From Squalus acanthias (Eukaryota), in contig CM059432.1 in NCBI GenBank assembly GCA_030390025.1, forward strand, positions 40,612,001 to 40,676,000: 64,000 nt of DNA, given 5' to 3'. Shown here piece after piece: positions 37,899 through 51,789 of this stretch (position 1 is its first letter; every line of letters begins with the position of its first letter). Below the pieces are notes generated by a model. The model was not told the DNA's origin, searched no databases, and was given only the letters and a program-made list of their open reading frames with translations. The translations under genes and the position numbers were made by a program.

Positions 37899-39344
37899 TT
37901 TAGAAAAACGTACTGCAGTCAAACAGAGTCAGCATGGTTTTAGGAAAGGGAAATCATGTTTAACAAATTTGCTGGAGTTCTTTGAGGATGTAACAAGCAG
38001 GGTGGAGAAGGGTGGGCCAGTGAATGTGGTGTATTTGGATTTCCAGAAGGCATTCGATAAGGTGTCACATAAAAGGTTACTGCATAAGATAAGAGCTCAC
38101 GGAGTTGGGCATAATATGTTAGCATGGATAGAGAATTGGTTAACTAACAGAAAGCAGAGTCGGGATAAATGGGTCATTTTCTGGTTGGCAAATGGTAACT
38201 AGTGGTGTGCCACAAGGATCGGTGCTGGGGCCCCAACTATTTACAATCTATATTAATGACTTGGATGAAGGGATCAAGTGTAATGTAGCCAAGTTTGCGT
38301 ATGATACAAAGATGGGTGGGAAAGCAAGTTGTGCAGAGGACTCAAAGAATCTGCAAAGGGATATAGACAGGCTAAGTGAGTGGGCAAACATTTGGCAGAT
38401 GGAGTATAATGTGGGAAAGTGCGAGGTTATCCACTTTAGCAGGAAAAATAAAAAAGCAAACTATTATTTAAATGGAGAGAGATTACAGAATGCTACAGTT
38501 CAGAGGGACTTGGGGGTCCTTGTGCATGAAACACAAAAAGTTAGCATGCAGGCACAGCAAGTAATCAAAAAGGCAAATGGAATGTTGGCCTTTATTTCAA
38601 GGGGGTTGGAGTATAAAAGCAGGGAAGTCCTGCTACAACTGTACAAGGTATTGGTGAGACCACACCTTGAGTACTGTGTACAGTTTTGGTCTCCTTATTT
38701 AAGGAAGGATATACTTGCATTGGAGGCAGTTCAGAGACGATTCACTAGGTTAATTCCAGAGATGAGGGGGTTGACTTATGAGGAAAGGTTGAGCAGGCTG
38801 GGCCTATACTCACTGGAATTTAGAAGAATGAGAGGTGATCTTATTGAAACATATAAGATACTGAGGGGGCTCGACAGGGTAGATGCAGAGAGGATGTTTC
38901 CCCTCGTGGGGAAATCTAGAATTTGGGGGCACAGTCTCATCATAAAGGGTCGCCCTTTTACAACCGAAATGAGAAGTCGCACAACACCAGGTTATAGTCC
39001 AACAGATTTATTTAAAATTACAAGCTGTCGGAGCTGTCGCCCCTTCGTCAGGTAAAGGTACAATCTCCGCATCATGACTTTTACAATCGAGATGAGGAGG
39101 AACTTCTTCTCTCAGAGGGTCGTAAATTTGTAGAATTCTCTGCCCCAGAGAGCTGTGGAGGCTGGGTCATTAAATACATTTAAAGTGGAGATAGACAAAT
39201 TTTTGCAAGATAAGGGAGTGAAGGGTTATGGGGAGCGGGTTGGGAAGTGGCTTTGAGCCCTAGATTAGCCATGATCTTATTGAATGGCGGAGCAGGCTCG
39301 AGGGGCCAAGTGACCTATTCCTGCTCCTATTTCTTATGTTCTTA
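37899..39344 (+). mobile_element. HER1-like CR1 LINE 3' part containing a mini-PLE
   Basis: ORF 38192-39055 RT; TTCTTATG tail. Confidence 0.92.
38968..39077. mobile_element. 110-bp PLE mini-insertion in CR1: inverted hammerhead arm plus 15 nt of sense tail
   Basis: TSD CTTTTACAA(C/T)CGA at 38955-38967 and 39078-39090; tail ATCTCCGCATCATGA at 39063-39077. Confidence 0.85.
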
Positions 39345-39374
39345 TTTACAGCATCCGCTCGCAGAGGGAACAGG

Positions 39375-39486
39375 AAGACACAGAAGAGGAAGAAGCCGAA
39401 GAGGAGGAAACAGAGGAGGAAGCCAAAAAGGAGGAAACAGAAGAGGGGGAAACAGAGAAGGAGAAAGCCGAAGAGGAGGAGCAGAT
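39375..39486 (+). repeat. 15-bp purine-rich tandem repeat (GAGGAGGAAACAGAA / GAGGAAGAAGCCGAA)
   Basis: About seven degenerate units visible. Confidence 0.75.
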
Positions 39487-40163
39487 GAAGGGTACAATCC
39501 AGACAGCCTCTTTCTGGCCGGGACATCCGAGATGGAATCATCCACCTGCGGTCCCAGTGACCACAACCTCAATACCCCTTTCAACATTAGTCCCGCACCT
39601 TACCTACCCTCTGTTACTGACCATCATAGCATCCTCTTGGCCACGATGCTGAAATAAAAGCCACCACAAAGCAAACTTTCCAGTCCAACTTTATACATCT
39701 ATCTATCCAATATGACATCAAGAAGTCAACTCATTACCCTTATGCAATCTCTTAGTGACTGTCTTGTGTGTGCCTTTGCCTATCCACTGCTGTCACACAG
39801 CGCTACCCCAGTGGCTGCAGCATGGCTGGTGGAAAGCTGCTGACTTTCAGTGGGGGACACTGCAGATGGCCTTGCTGTTCGACCTTGAGGAGCTGATGGC
39901 TGGGAGTGTCAAATCAAGTGACCATGTTTCTTCTTCTTCACTCTCCTCTCCCTCTTCTTGGCCAACTATTGGCTGAATATTTCCTGGGTGTGTGAAATGA
40001 GGAAGGCCCAAGGATGGAGTTGTGGTGAGGGGAGGGCAGGAAAGCAAGAGGTGCATGCCAGAAGGAGGAAAATGTGTGAGGTTACCAGCATCTTGTATCC
40101 TTTCAGCCCCGCCACTGGCCAAGGGTTCAGCCATGACCCTGCCAAGAATGGCCTGCACTGCCT

Positions 40164-40708
40164 CCTCCAAGGGGGTGAGGTAAGGCTAGGAATGGGAGAT
40201 GTGTCTCGTGATTGGTATAGATTGTTGGTAGGTAAGTGATCGGGGTGGGGAGGCAGGGGGAGTCCTGCATTGAGTACTGTCTGAGGCTAGTGGTGCAGTT
40301 AGTAGGAGACGGCTTTTGAAGATGCATTCACTGACCTTGACCAGTGGTCTAAGGTCATTAAGCTTCTCTGGGCATGGAGCCAGGTGGTGGGGGCGGCACT
40401 GCTGGCAGTGACGGCCTTGGTGACGTGGTCCCACATTGTTCTTTCTGGAGGGCCTCCTGGTCCAGTGCGTAGAGGACCTCTCTTGCAGTGTTGACCCCAC
40501 ACAAAGCTGGAGTGCTGCATGCGAGACCCTGGGTGCCTCTGCCCTGGCTTGCTGCGCCATTTGTGTTAGTACTGAAGCGCTTTTCCCATTTTTTGAGGTT
40601 GGGAAGGGAATTTTTGGTTTGATTTGGGGTCTCTATATTTACTAGACAATGATACTAAATACTACCTACTGGTGTCAAATCCGCAAATGTACGATTGTTA
40701 AAAGGCAT
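40164..40708 (-). pseudogene. Harbinger-derived Myb/SANT-like gene relic (inverted duplicate at 37352-37896; related relic at ~19170-19290)
   Basis: MAQQARAEAPRVSHAAL...W...TW..C..KLNDL pattern; 19117 ORF contains QCWNKFNDF. Confidence 0.55.
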
Positions 40709-40899
40709 GTTTGCAATAGGTAATGTAAACATAGTTTACAAAATGATAAGCAATAGATAACACAAGAGTAAATAAAATTGAATGGTGTTTTCAAGACCTT
40801 TCTAATCAATGTTATTTCAGACTGTAGAAGGGGGAGAAGGCAAGTGCTAAGGTCGGAGCCCACGTCAGGTTGCTGTGTGTCCCCTGGATTATGATTCTT

Positions 40900-41160
40900 A
40901 TCACCCACTCACTGACTCAAACTCTCTGCTACTCTCCTATATACTTACTTTCTCAGTCTCTCACTCGCTCAGTCTTATACTCAATCTGACACTCTCTCTA
41001 CCTCATTCGCACACTCACTAATTCACTTGCTCACTTCACTCAGTAACTCACCCATTTTACTCTCATTCTTTCATATTTCTTACTTACTCTGATATTCACT
41101 CTCACTTTGTTCACACACTCACTGCATCTTCTGCTCTCTCAGTAACTCACCCACTTTACC
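40900..41160. repeat. Low-complexity ACTC/TCTC tract
   Basis: G-depleted, repeated CACTC motifs. Confidence 0.7.
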
Positions 41161-41489
41161 CGAGGGGAGAGGGAACTGTAAAATCATAGAATCTTACAGC
41201 ACAGACCATTCAGCCCATCGTACCTGTGCTGACTCTTTGAGAGGGCTATCCAATTAGTCACACTCCCCTTCTTTCCCCATAGCCCTGCAACTTTTTCCTT
41301 TTCAAGTATATATCCATTTCCTTTTGAAAATTACAATTGAATCTGCTTGCACCACCCTTTCAGATGCATCCAGATCGTAACAACTCGCTGCGTCATGTTC
41401 CCAGTGAGAAAGCAATATACTCCGAATTCAGGGTGCAAGAGGACTGTACTCCTTTTTATTTTCTCTCTTTCTCTGACCTGACAATCTGA

Positions 41490-42235
41490 TTCCACTACAT
41501 CCTCGCCCCTTCATTCTTTGGCACTGCAGACAGACCCCTACAACCTTGGTGTTGTATTTGACCCAGAGATGAGCTTCCGCCCACATATCATCAAGATTGC
41601 CTACTTCCACCTCCGTAACATCGCCCAACTCCAACCCTGCCTCAGCTCATCTGCTGCTGAAACCCTCATGCATGCCTTTTTTACCTCTACACTTAAATAC
41701 TCTCCTGCCCAGCCTCCCATCTCCCACCCTACATAAACTTGAGCTAATCCAAAAGTCTGCTGCCCGTATCCTAACTTGCACCAAGTCTCGTTCACCCATC
41801 ACCCCTGTGCTCGCTGACCTGCATTGGCTCCCGGTTGAACACCTCGATTTAAAAATTTTCATCCTTGTTTTCAAATCCCTCCATAGTTTCGCCTCTCCCT
41901 ATTTCTGTAACCTCCTCCAGCCCTACAACCCTTTGAGATCTCAGCGCTCCTCCAATTCTGGCCTCTTACGCATCCCCGGTTTTAATAGCTCTACCATTGG
42001 CGGCCATGTTTTCAGCTGCCTTGGCCCAAAGCTCTGGATTTCTCTCCCTAAACCTCTCCGTCTCTCTCTCTCTCTCATCCTTTAAGACGCTCCTTAAAAC
42101 CTACCTCTTGACCAAGCTATTGGTCAGTTGTCCTGTTTATTCTCATGTGGCTTGGTGTCAAATTTTGTTTGAAAATGCCCTGGGACATTTTACTATGTGA
42201 AATGCGCTTTATATAAATGCAAGTTGTTGTGGCTG
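41490..42235 (+). mobile_element. L2-clade LINE 3' fragment
   Basis: NLGVVFD, AARILT, ITPVLADLHWLP motifs; TATATAAATGCAAGTTGTTG tail. Confidence 0.85.
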
Positions 42236-45200
42236 TTGATTAGGGAGAGAAACCACCCGTCTCCTTGTTGAAACGCAGCCGCCTTATACTGCTCCTGTGA
42301 GGTTCAGGCACCATATTCTGTTCCTGAATACCCATGTTCTGTAATGCTTCTGACGCTCTTTCCCCCTTCCGCATCTTCTTGCAGCCTGTGCAGGTCATTT
42401 CTAGCTTCCTCGCTGCTGCTGCTTCTCCTCCTGATTTGGGAGCGTTGATGGTAAGCCCAGCAGAATTCCCATGTTCAATAATTCAGAGCAAGCAAATTCT
42501 GTGAAACAGTTATTGCCCTCCACAAACTCCAGCTGCAACAGTATTAAACAGAGAAACACTTGCCAAAACAGCCAAAAAGCTGTCCCAAAGCTCCTTAAAA
42601 ATGACAAACCAGAGACTTATCTTGATGGCGGTGAAGATCACTTTAAATACTACTTGTGAAAGCTGCTTACCGATTTGGACCCCGAAAACATGCGAGAGAC
42701 ATTGCAATTTGTCCCCCAATGTATTATTCTACTGCTAAAGTGTAAGTGTGTATCCCTTTTTGCTACAAAGTTTAATGAACAAGTACACACCAAATGAGTT
42801 CATTCTAAGGTTAATTGTTATTCAGGCTGGAGATCGGAACCCTGATTTTGTGGAAAGGTAATGAAAAGCCTGCAGCCATTGTGACTCGAGTACTTTGCGA
42901 TCTTGAGGTTATCTATACATTTTAAATAAATAAATGCCTCTATTTCTTTACTCTTTTACTTCAAAAAATGTTACAAAATTTTCCATTAGACAGTTTGCTA
43001 TGGATAGCATGTGTGCACATAAAATTATTATATAGCTGGGTATGGATTAAACCCAACCAGGCCTGTGTGAATAGTTAAGATAGCACTTTAGTTCACAGGA
43101 ATAGCTAAACTTACATCATTCGATATGTACAGTTATTGGCAGACTCTCACATAATCATCAACTCATTAGACTACCTAATGAAATATCTCAAAAGTTTACA
43201 TCCCTGACATCTCGTCAAATATAACGTGCTACGTTAGCTTCTTTAACCTATAAATGTCAACACAATCTTAAGGAGGAATGGCACTACTTGGAGAATTTTA
43301 TAATTAAAATTATTTTTCTGGAAAACATAAATAGATCTCAGTACAAAGTTAATTTTCCACAACTTTTATTTGCACCAGCACTTGTGTGAAGATTATACTG
43401 TGTATACTCAACATTTCCAAAGCAAAACATCTTTTAAAATAAAATTACAAAAACATACACATGGATAACGCATGATCAAGTATGGGCTATTCAGCAATAG
43501 ACGGTAACTTGGATTCCATTTTATGGTAAAAAGTACCTAGTTTTGTTGGGGTGCTGATTGAATATAACTGAAGGTCTCTGAAGTTGATGATACAAGACCC
43601 TAGATCACTAATATGAATTGGATAGTTATACACTTAAAAAAAAAACTTCCCTTTAATTTTCTCCCCCTCACCCCTCCTCTCCTGAATACGACAACTCACA
43701 TTGGAATACTGTTCTGGCTGTTTGGTATAACACTCAAGTGATCATTCGATATGTAAAAGTCTGGACAATTAGTCTTGATTGGTTATTCAAGCATGGGGGG
43801 TCACCATAGCTAAATCCTCAGCTTGTTCTCACATACACCTTTCCAGCACAAATCAGTTGATAGCAATCAAGAGCAAGAACCTTGGAAGCTCCCCTTCCAA
43901 TACAGGATTGCTGGAGCTAATGGAACCCTGCCATTCCAACTGACTCAGCATGGACCAAGGGATATCAAACTTGGGGCTTTCACGACCTGTACATCTCAAT
44001 TCCATACCAGGTGGTGCATTTACTAAGTGCTTGAGGGGAGGAGAACCTTTCTCTATCTTTTAAGTAGCACCACAATTTAATTTACACAGCAGCATTTTAA
44101 TGGCAAAGTTTCAACAAGTTCTGTGCAATTCAGAAGGGGTAGCATCAGAAAATACATTTCGTGAAGTACCAACATTAAAGTTTCCCTTTGGTATTTTAAT
44201 CATAAAAAAATGTGTGATAGTACAAGTTAGAGAAATACAGCAAATAACAAAATATAAGAATCTGACACTCTGAATAGCATTCATTGAATAGGTCAGGTCT
44301 TGAAGCTGCTGAAGCTTTGCAACACAAAATTACAACAATTCATACTTAATCACTCCACTGGACATTGTTGGGCAAGTCAGCAGAAGTGAGTATCTATGCT
44401 AAAAATTCAAAATTCATTAAGCAAAAAATATAGAATTTAAGGACGAGTGGCATTCGGCTCAATCTGGTATTTGTGAGTTATGCACGTATGCCATTCCTGA
44501 AATGTTCTTTGTTCCCTACAGATCTCACAATGTTCCCTACAGATCTCAGAGCACAAAAGGTAAAATGGTGCTCATACCAGTCTTGTCATACTTCATTTAT
44601 GCAGGAGATAAGCAAATATATGGAGAAGAAAATATGTCAGAACATTGTGGCAAAGGCATTTTTAATAACACAGAATGTGGAGATATACAACAAGAACGAC
44701 AAAGAACAAGCCTCTGGAGGTTGTGCTGGGACTTTACTTAAGTGTGGTCTGACCAGTGCATTGTACTGTGTTCAATTATGGTCATTACCATTACTAAAAA
44801 GCTCCACATGAATTGGAGAAAGTAGAGAAAACAGCAAGATGATTGATCCAAATCTAAAAGAAAATATTATGAGGAAAGACTGGAAAATCTCAAGCTCTAT
44901 AGTCTCAAAAGAAAGTGGTTATGGGAGTCTTCACAGAGTTAGATAAACATTGTATAGTATAGATAAGGTAATTCAAGATTAGGAATTCTAATTAAGATAG
45001 AAAGATCAGAGTTCACAAGTTGAACATTGTGAAAATTTAAAACAAATATTAGTAAGAGCTTCTTAACACAAGGAGTGAAATATTTGGAATAATATGCCAG
45101 GTCAGTAGTGGGGGCAAGAAGATTAAAGGGATTTAAAATGCAGATGGGTGCTATTCTGGGAAAGACTTTGGGTACTAATAAATGATGGCCAAATAGCTTC

Positions 45201-47029
45201 TTTTTGTCCTTGGCTTTACTTTTGTTTTCAAAAAGCCATTCTGTTCATCATGTTTGCATCTTCCAGTGGGCATTTAGAAATGACATGGTCATTGACTATC
45301 CATTTATTTCATTTCCTCACAAAGGTGAATGACTACAGATAACATTTTCTTTCATTTCTCCTGCAAATCCCAAAGATAATCCAGTTAACCTGAACCACAT
45401 CAAACATTACATTAGTAGCGAGATGTACAGCACTTTTACCGATACTGGACGATGGAAAAATCTACCCCCTCACCAATGTAGCTCCTATCTTTTCAGTGTT
45501 GGTACTGAGTATACAAAGCACTCAGTGTACAGTCACCGACAGATGCACTAGCTGTACTGCATCAGACACACGCAAGAGTTTACCTTTTACCCATTGAGTA
45601 CTGCATATGTATCTTGTGTCATATCTTATAGTTATGCATGACTTATGGTCAATAGCACTACTGAACATGGGAAATGGGTTTTCAGGCTCACAATACAGCA
45701 CTGCACTATACTGTATGGTTTTAACCAGCAAGTATCCAGATTTTATAAAGTTTAAAAAGTGACTATTTATTTCTTCACATGGAGTGCAAACTTTTTAATT
45801 CTATAGTCTAAGTTTCTAACAGCTACACCACCCAGATGCACTAAAAGCAAATAGTGATTTTTTCTTTTCAAAATCTTACACTTTGAAGAAAAATTAACAG
45901 GAATTAGAAATTAGTTACAATATTTGATACCTCATTTAAACAACTGTTGTCTGCAAACATCTTGTGGTTATACAGCGTAGCAGGTGGACTTGCATTCTTG
46001 TGATACCAAGGCTTCAATTACAAAGCTTGAATCAAATTCCTAATAGTTTTCTCAAACATAACTACCATTAGGCGGGATGCTGAATTTTGGGAATGTTTAT
46101 ATAGACCAAAATGAAGATAAGATAAAGAAATAGGTTAGAACAAATTACAATGGATGGGAGACTCTAGTGAAAATGCTTCTCAACAGTAAAGCTTTGGTCT
46201 TTACAGATAGTAGTCCCATAGAGATTTAAGTATAATGAATGGATGGGTCAGATTGGCATAGATGGTCTCAGGTAAGACAGGTGATCTCTAAGTTAATATA
46301 GGTTTCACTATATATTAGCATCTTGCTACCAAGATCATGCTACATATGTAGGAACTGTTTCTGCAAAAGAATTCTAAACTTTTCAGGGCAGCCTAGCAGC
46401 TGCAGTGACACAATGTTAGACATCTGTATGGGGTAAAAGGGGTGGGATCATAGTGACAAATAGCATTGGAACTTAACTAGTGACCAGATCACTAGATATG
46501 CCAGAGAAAGCTATCTTGTCCTGTAATAAGTACCTCTCATTAATCAATAAAAGCAACACTGATGGTGGTCATGAAAATATAATAGGCTACACCATCCCAC
46601 CTATAGGAGGGCTCAAAGTACCACAACAGCAGAAATAATAGAACACTGGGGAGGGAGACAATATAATACTGGGAGGGAGAAAGATAGCAAAAGTGTTATA
46701 TGCAATTTATAAAAGACCAAAAAGAATCACAAGCTTCATGTCAAGATGATTGGGACCCTAGCAATGTATTTCAGTTAGAATGGAATTCTATATACAGTAC
46801 AACCCCCCCTCCCCACCCCACACAAATCTACAATCCTACAGGAACCATGTACCTTTTGCAAGGCACAACATTTAAGAGGGTATGTAACTTATGCAGAATT
46901 ACATAGCATATGGTTATGATGCACTCAAATGATCCCAATTCCCCTCCTTTTGTTCTTCTTAACCATTCCCACCTAAAGCCAACATTTACTAATCTGGATC
47001 ATAATGTTGGATTTTCCCCCAAAAATGGT

Positions 47030-48560
47030 CCAGCCCAAGATAGACAAATCTCCAGGACCTGATGGTTCCCACCCAAGATTATTAAAAGAAATGGGTGAAG
47101 AAATTGCAGATACATTAGTCATCATTTTACAAAGCTCTCTAGATTCAGGAACTGTGCATTTGGATTGGAAAACTGCAAATATCGCTCCATTATTTAAGAA
47201 GGAAGGGAGAAACCAGGCAACTGCAGACCCATCAGTTTAACATCAGTTGTGGGGAAGTTACTGGAATCTATCAAAGACAGAGTGACTGAGTACTTGGACA
47301 AAAACAAAAGCTGATCAAAGAGAGTCAGCATGGATTTGTAAAGGGTGGGTCATATCTGATTAATCTAGTTGCATTTTTTGATGAGGCCACTAGCATGGTG
47401 GATAGGGGAGTGTCTATAGATATTGTCTATAGGAATTCCAGAAGGCATTTGATAAGATTCTGCACAAGAGATTATTAGCAAAAAGGAAAGCGCATGGAAT
47501 TGGAGGTAACCTTGTGACATGGGTCGATAATTGGTTGGGAGGTAGGACACAGAGAGTGAGGACAAAGGGAATGTTCTCTGATTGGCAGAATGTGACAAGT
47601 AGTGTTCCCCAGGGATCTGCACTGGGGCCTCAATTTTTTAATCATAGAAATTAATGACTTGGATTAAGGAAGAGAGAGTTATATATCCAAGTTTTCAAAT
47701 AACACTAAGTTACGAGGCACAGTAAGTTGTGTAGATGGGAGCAGGAAGTTACAAAGGGACTAAATGAGTGAGCTAAACTGCGGTGAAGTATGGGATCATT
47801 CACTTAGAATCCAAGAAAGATAAACTGGAACATTTTCTTAATGGGGAGACACTCGGAGCTGTGGAGGGGCAAATAGATTTAGGTGTCCATATAAACAAAT
47901 CACTAAAAGCTAGTGCAGAGGTAGAAAAAGTAATCAAAAAGGCTAACGGAATGTTGTCTTTATCTCAAGGGGCTGGGATACAAAGGGGGAGGAAGTGATG
48001 CTCCAGTTGTACAAAGTCTTGGTCAGACCCCATCTGGAATACTGTATTCAGTTTTGGACTTTGCACCTCAGGAAAGATATATTGGCTTTGGAAAGGGTAC
48101 ATTGAAGATTCACCAGAATTATATCAGGGCTTAAAGAGTTAAATTGTGAAGACAGGTTGCATAAACTTGGCTTGTATTTCCTTGAGTTTAGAAGGTTAAT
48201 GGGTGATCTAATTGAGGTGTTTAAAATGGTAAAGGGATTTGATAGGGCAGATAAGGAAACTATGGGGGAATCCAGAACAAGCGGGCATAATCTTAAAATT
48301 AGAGCTAGGCTATTTAGGAGTGAACTCATGAAGCAATTTTTCCACACAAAGGGTAGTGGAAATTTTGGAACTCTATCCTCCAAAAGGCTATGGATACTGG
48401 GTCAATAGAAATTTTCAAAATATTTGTTAGGTAAGGGGGTCAAGGCATATAGAGCAAAAGGTGGGTAAATTTAGTTGAAGTACAAAACAACTATGATGTT
48501 GTAATTGAATGGCAGAACAGACGCGAGAGGATGAATAGCCTACTCCTGTCCCAGTTTTTG
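47030..48560 (+). mobile_element. Degraded CR1 LINE
   Basis: KSPGPDG, PLFKK and RT remnants, CR1 tail. Confidence 0.85.
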
Positions 48561-50192
48561 TCGCACAACTTAACTGTTGAGATATTTTTCTGCTCATCAA
48601 GGTGAGGAATGCTGCGTTGGGGAATGGAATGCTTTCCATTTGAGGCAGCCAGTGTTAGCATCAAGTATTCCCGGGTAAGGCATAGCACAGCCAGATGCAG
48701 AGTAAAGCTGCCTCTACTCTGTTTCAACTGCAAGAGAGTACTCTCTACTCCACCAGCGTGACACTTTTCCTCCGTTATCCACACCAGGAGTCCTGTGGCT
48801 TTTCTGAGAGATTACCAATTAGTGCCAAACTAACTTTGAGTTGTAGGCCACGCCCACCAGGAACTGGATTGAGACTGCTCAAACTCATTTACATTGCACC
48901 ATTACAGCTAGGAGACAGCGACATTCATCCCTTCAGTCTGGGCTGGATTGGAACACAGATCCAAGAGGTGAAAGACTAGTGTCTAACCAACTGCAGCACC
49001 TCGTTCCACTCCAAGAGTTATTTTCTTTTTGAAAGTGAATTTGTTGTTTCCCCTCCCTATTTTCCACAGCTTCATCTTTCTATTGTCAATAAAGGTGCTG
49101 GTGCCTTGAAATGGCAAAGCCGAGTCACTTGCTCCCATCTTTGTGACTATGATGGTAATCTTCCCAAAAGTTGAGTTATAAGCTAGGCCACAAACAAGGG
49201 CATCAATGAGCAGCAAAATATATCACCAGACTGGCCTGAATAACCTTGAAGTGCAGATGTCTCCTACTAGCTCATCTACAGGGTAGCGCTCGGTCTTTTT
49301 CCTCACCCGATGTTCTGGAAGATGGCTCATGGCAGCAGAAGCAGGAGGCTAAAAAAATACTTTTTTCCAAAATAAAATAAATAGAAGAACAATCTTTCAC
49401 CTTCTTATATCACTCTTTAGAAATCAACTTCAAATTAAAAATATGTGGTGCCTAATAATTCAATACAAAATGATTCATTAGTAATATACTGTACCATACA
49501 AGGTGAAAGAAGTTAGTTTACTGTACATGTGCATTGCATGGATGTTTAAACCAGACTGTTCTAAAAGATGTTCCTGTTTCAACTTACGAAGCCGGTAATT
49601 AAAAAAACAGCACCATCTCCTAGTCTCACACAGTACCAATTTTTAGTAAGGCCTCAAGGACTCAGCACAATGATCCTGTTCTCTGTGTGTCTGTAACCGT
49701 AACAGTGAAGTAAATTACCTACAGTAATACTTAAAAAAAAAGTTTTCTACTGACATAAAAGTCGCTGAGCTTTGGGCAGAGCTTAGGCATGCAGACTGCG
49801 TGCACACAATGGCCGAGTGTTCTTAAGTTCCACCCAGAGTGCAGTGGTTTTTGAGACCATGTGCAGCTCAGTAGGGTCTGTTCCTTATCCAAACAGTTAA
49901 ATACAGTACTCTTCTGCAGCTGAATTAACGGATATGCATTAACTTATTTCAACCTGACAAAAATTTTTGTTTTAGACCTCCATTCTGAATAACACCGTAG
50001 GCTGATCTCAGGGAAAAAAAATTAGCGCTCTTTTCATTTCAGGCTAATTTGTAAAAAATAAGTTAAAAAATGAATGCTTTTTAAAAAGTCCATTTTAAAA
50101 AGTCCATATGCAAAATGAGACATTACTTCAACACAAAAATTAAATATATGCAACACCAATGTGGATGGCGGTTAGAAAGGCTTCAATCTTCA

Positions 50193-50366
50193 TTAGTACT
50201 GAAACGATATCAGTGTGTTGACTTTGTACACACGATATGACCTATTCCAGTAGACACGGGTGAAATAGTTGACGTAAGGAGAATAGTCCAGCTTAATCTC
50301 ATGGCAAAATCGTCCATATAGCGAAAACGCATAGTTTGCGTCACTGTCTCCTTCACTATAAAGTAT
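50193..50366 (-). CDS. DPY19L4: DPY19L4 last coding exon (ILYSEGD...[41 protein letters not shown])
   Basis: polypyrimidine tract plus cag acceptor, 174 nt ending in TAA; C-terminus matches recalled vertebrate DPY19L4. Confidence 0.95.
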   Translation of the reverse strand: MLYSEGDSDANYAFSLYGRFCHEIKLDYSPYVNYFTRVYWNRSYRVYKVNTLISFQY

Positions 50367-50649
50367 CTGGAAAAGGAAAAGACACAAAAAACTAAAATTG
50401 CAGTTACCAACATTGAACTGAGGGAGAACACATTCACATCAAAACAGCCAGAAACACAGTGGCCTTCACATGCACAAGCACAGGAGTTTATTAAAGCGTT
50501 TCACTTGCATATTATTTACAGGACAGAAACAGACATTAAATCCACTGAAGTCTGCACCAGTGTTTTTTCTCTACGAGCCAAATCTAATTCCACTCCCCTG
50601 CTCACTCCTCATGCCATTTATGGTGAAGGGCAATTTCATTTCAAACAAT

Positions 50650-51420
50650 TATTTAATTCACTTTTAAAAGTACAATGAACTCTGTTCCAACAATTTGTGG
50701 CAGAGAATTCCACATTCTAATCACCCTCTGTGTAAATATTTTTGTTTCTAACCCCTTTAATTGTTTGTGATTATCTTAAGTTTGTGCCCTTTCATTACTG
50801 TGTCAACTACTACTGGAAACAATCCATCACTATTCACCTTATTGTAACTCTTCATAATCTTGACGGCCTCTTTCTGGTCAGCACTTAACCTTCTCAGCTA
50901 AAGTGAAAAAGTGCTAACTTCTCAAGTTTCTTTTCATAACTGTAACCCATCATCCCAGGTAATATTCTAGTGAAGCTATGAGTACATTTTCCATTGTTTC
51001 TTATAATAGGGTATCTAAAACGGTACACAATACTCCAACCAAAGTCCAACTAAGTTCTTGTACAAGATTAACATTACCTCCTTTCTTTTGTCCTCTATGC
51101 CTCGAGCGACAAAGTTAAAGATTCCATTTGGCTTTTTTGGCCATGTCTACTTATGCTGCCATTTTAATGACCTGTGTATCTGCACACCTAGGTCCCTCTA
51201 TGCCTTTACTCCACTTAAGATCTTGCCATTTAAGCTGTATTTACTTCACATTTCTATACAGTGAAATGTACCTACAACCTATCTGCCCATCCTCCTAGCC
51301 TATTTATGTCATCTTGAAATCTTTCAGTCTTGTCATAATTTGCCCTACTCATCAATTCGGTGTCATCAGAAAATGTTGACATTGATCACTCAATTCTTCA
51401 TCCCTGTGGAACACCACTCA
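50650..51420 (-). mobile_element. Old CR1 fragment
   Basis: Reverse-strand similarity to the CR1 3' copies. Confidence 0.6.
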
Positions 51421-51789
51421 TCACATATTTCCAGTCCGAGAAATTTCCCATACCTTTTGCTTTCCGCCCTCCAACCAATTGGTACCTTTGGGCAATACTG
51501 CCCATTTACACAGAAAATAGACCTTATTTTTTGCAACTGCTGATTAGACTCACTTTGAAAACATTGGCTCCAGATTTACAATCCTTCCCATGCAATAGAA
51601 GGTTTAAATTATACATATTACTTGTCAGAAATACTACAGAACAAATGCAATGCTACTTTCAGATAGCAGGAATGTGCAGATTTACCTTCTCTTCCTCTTC
51701 TAAAAGAAAAGGGAATATACATTCAATGCTAAAAGGGACATTATAGGTTTAGTCTTTATTGGTGTTTAAAATGTGGGACCTCAAAAAAT

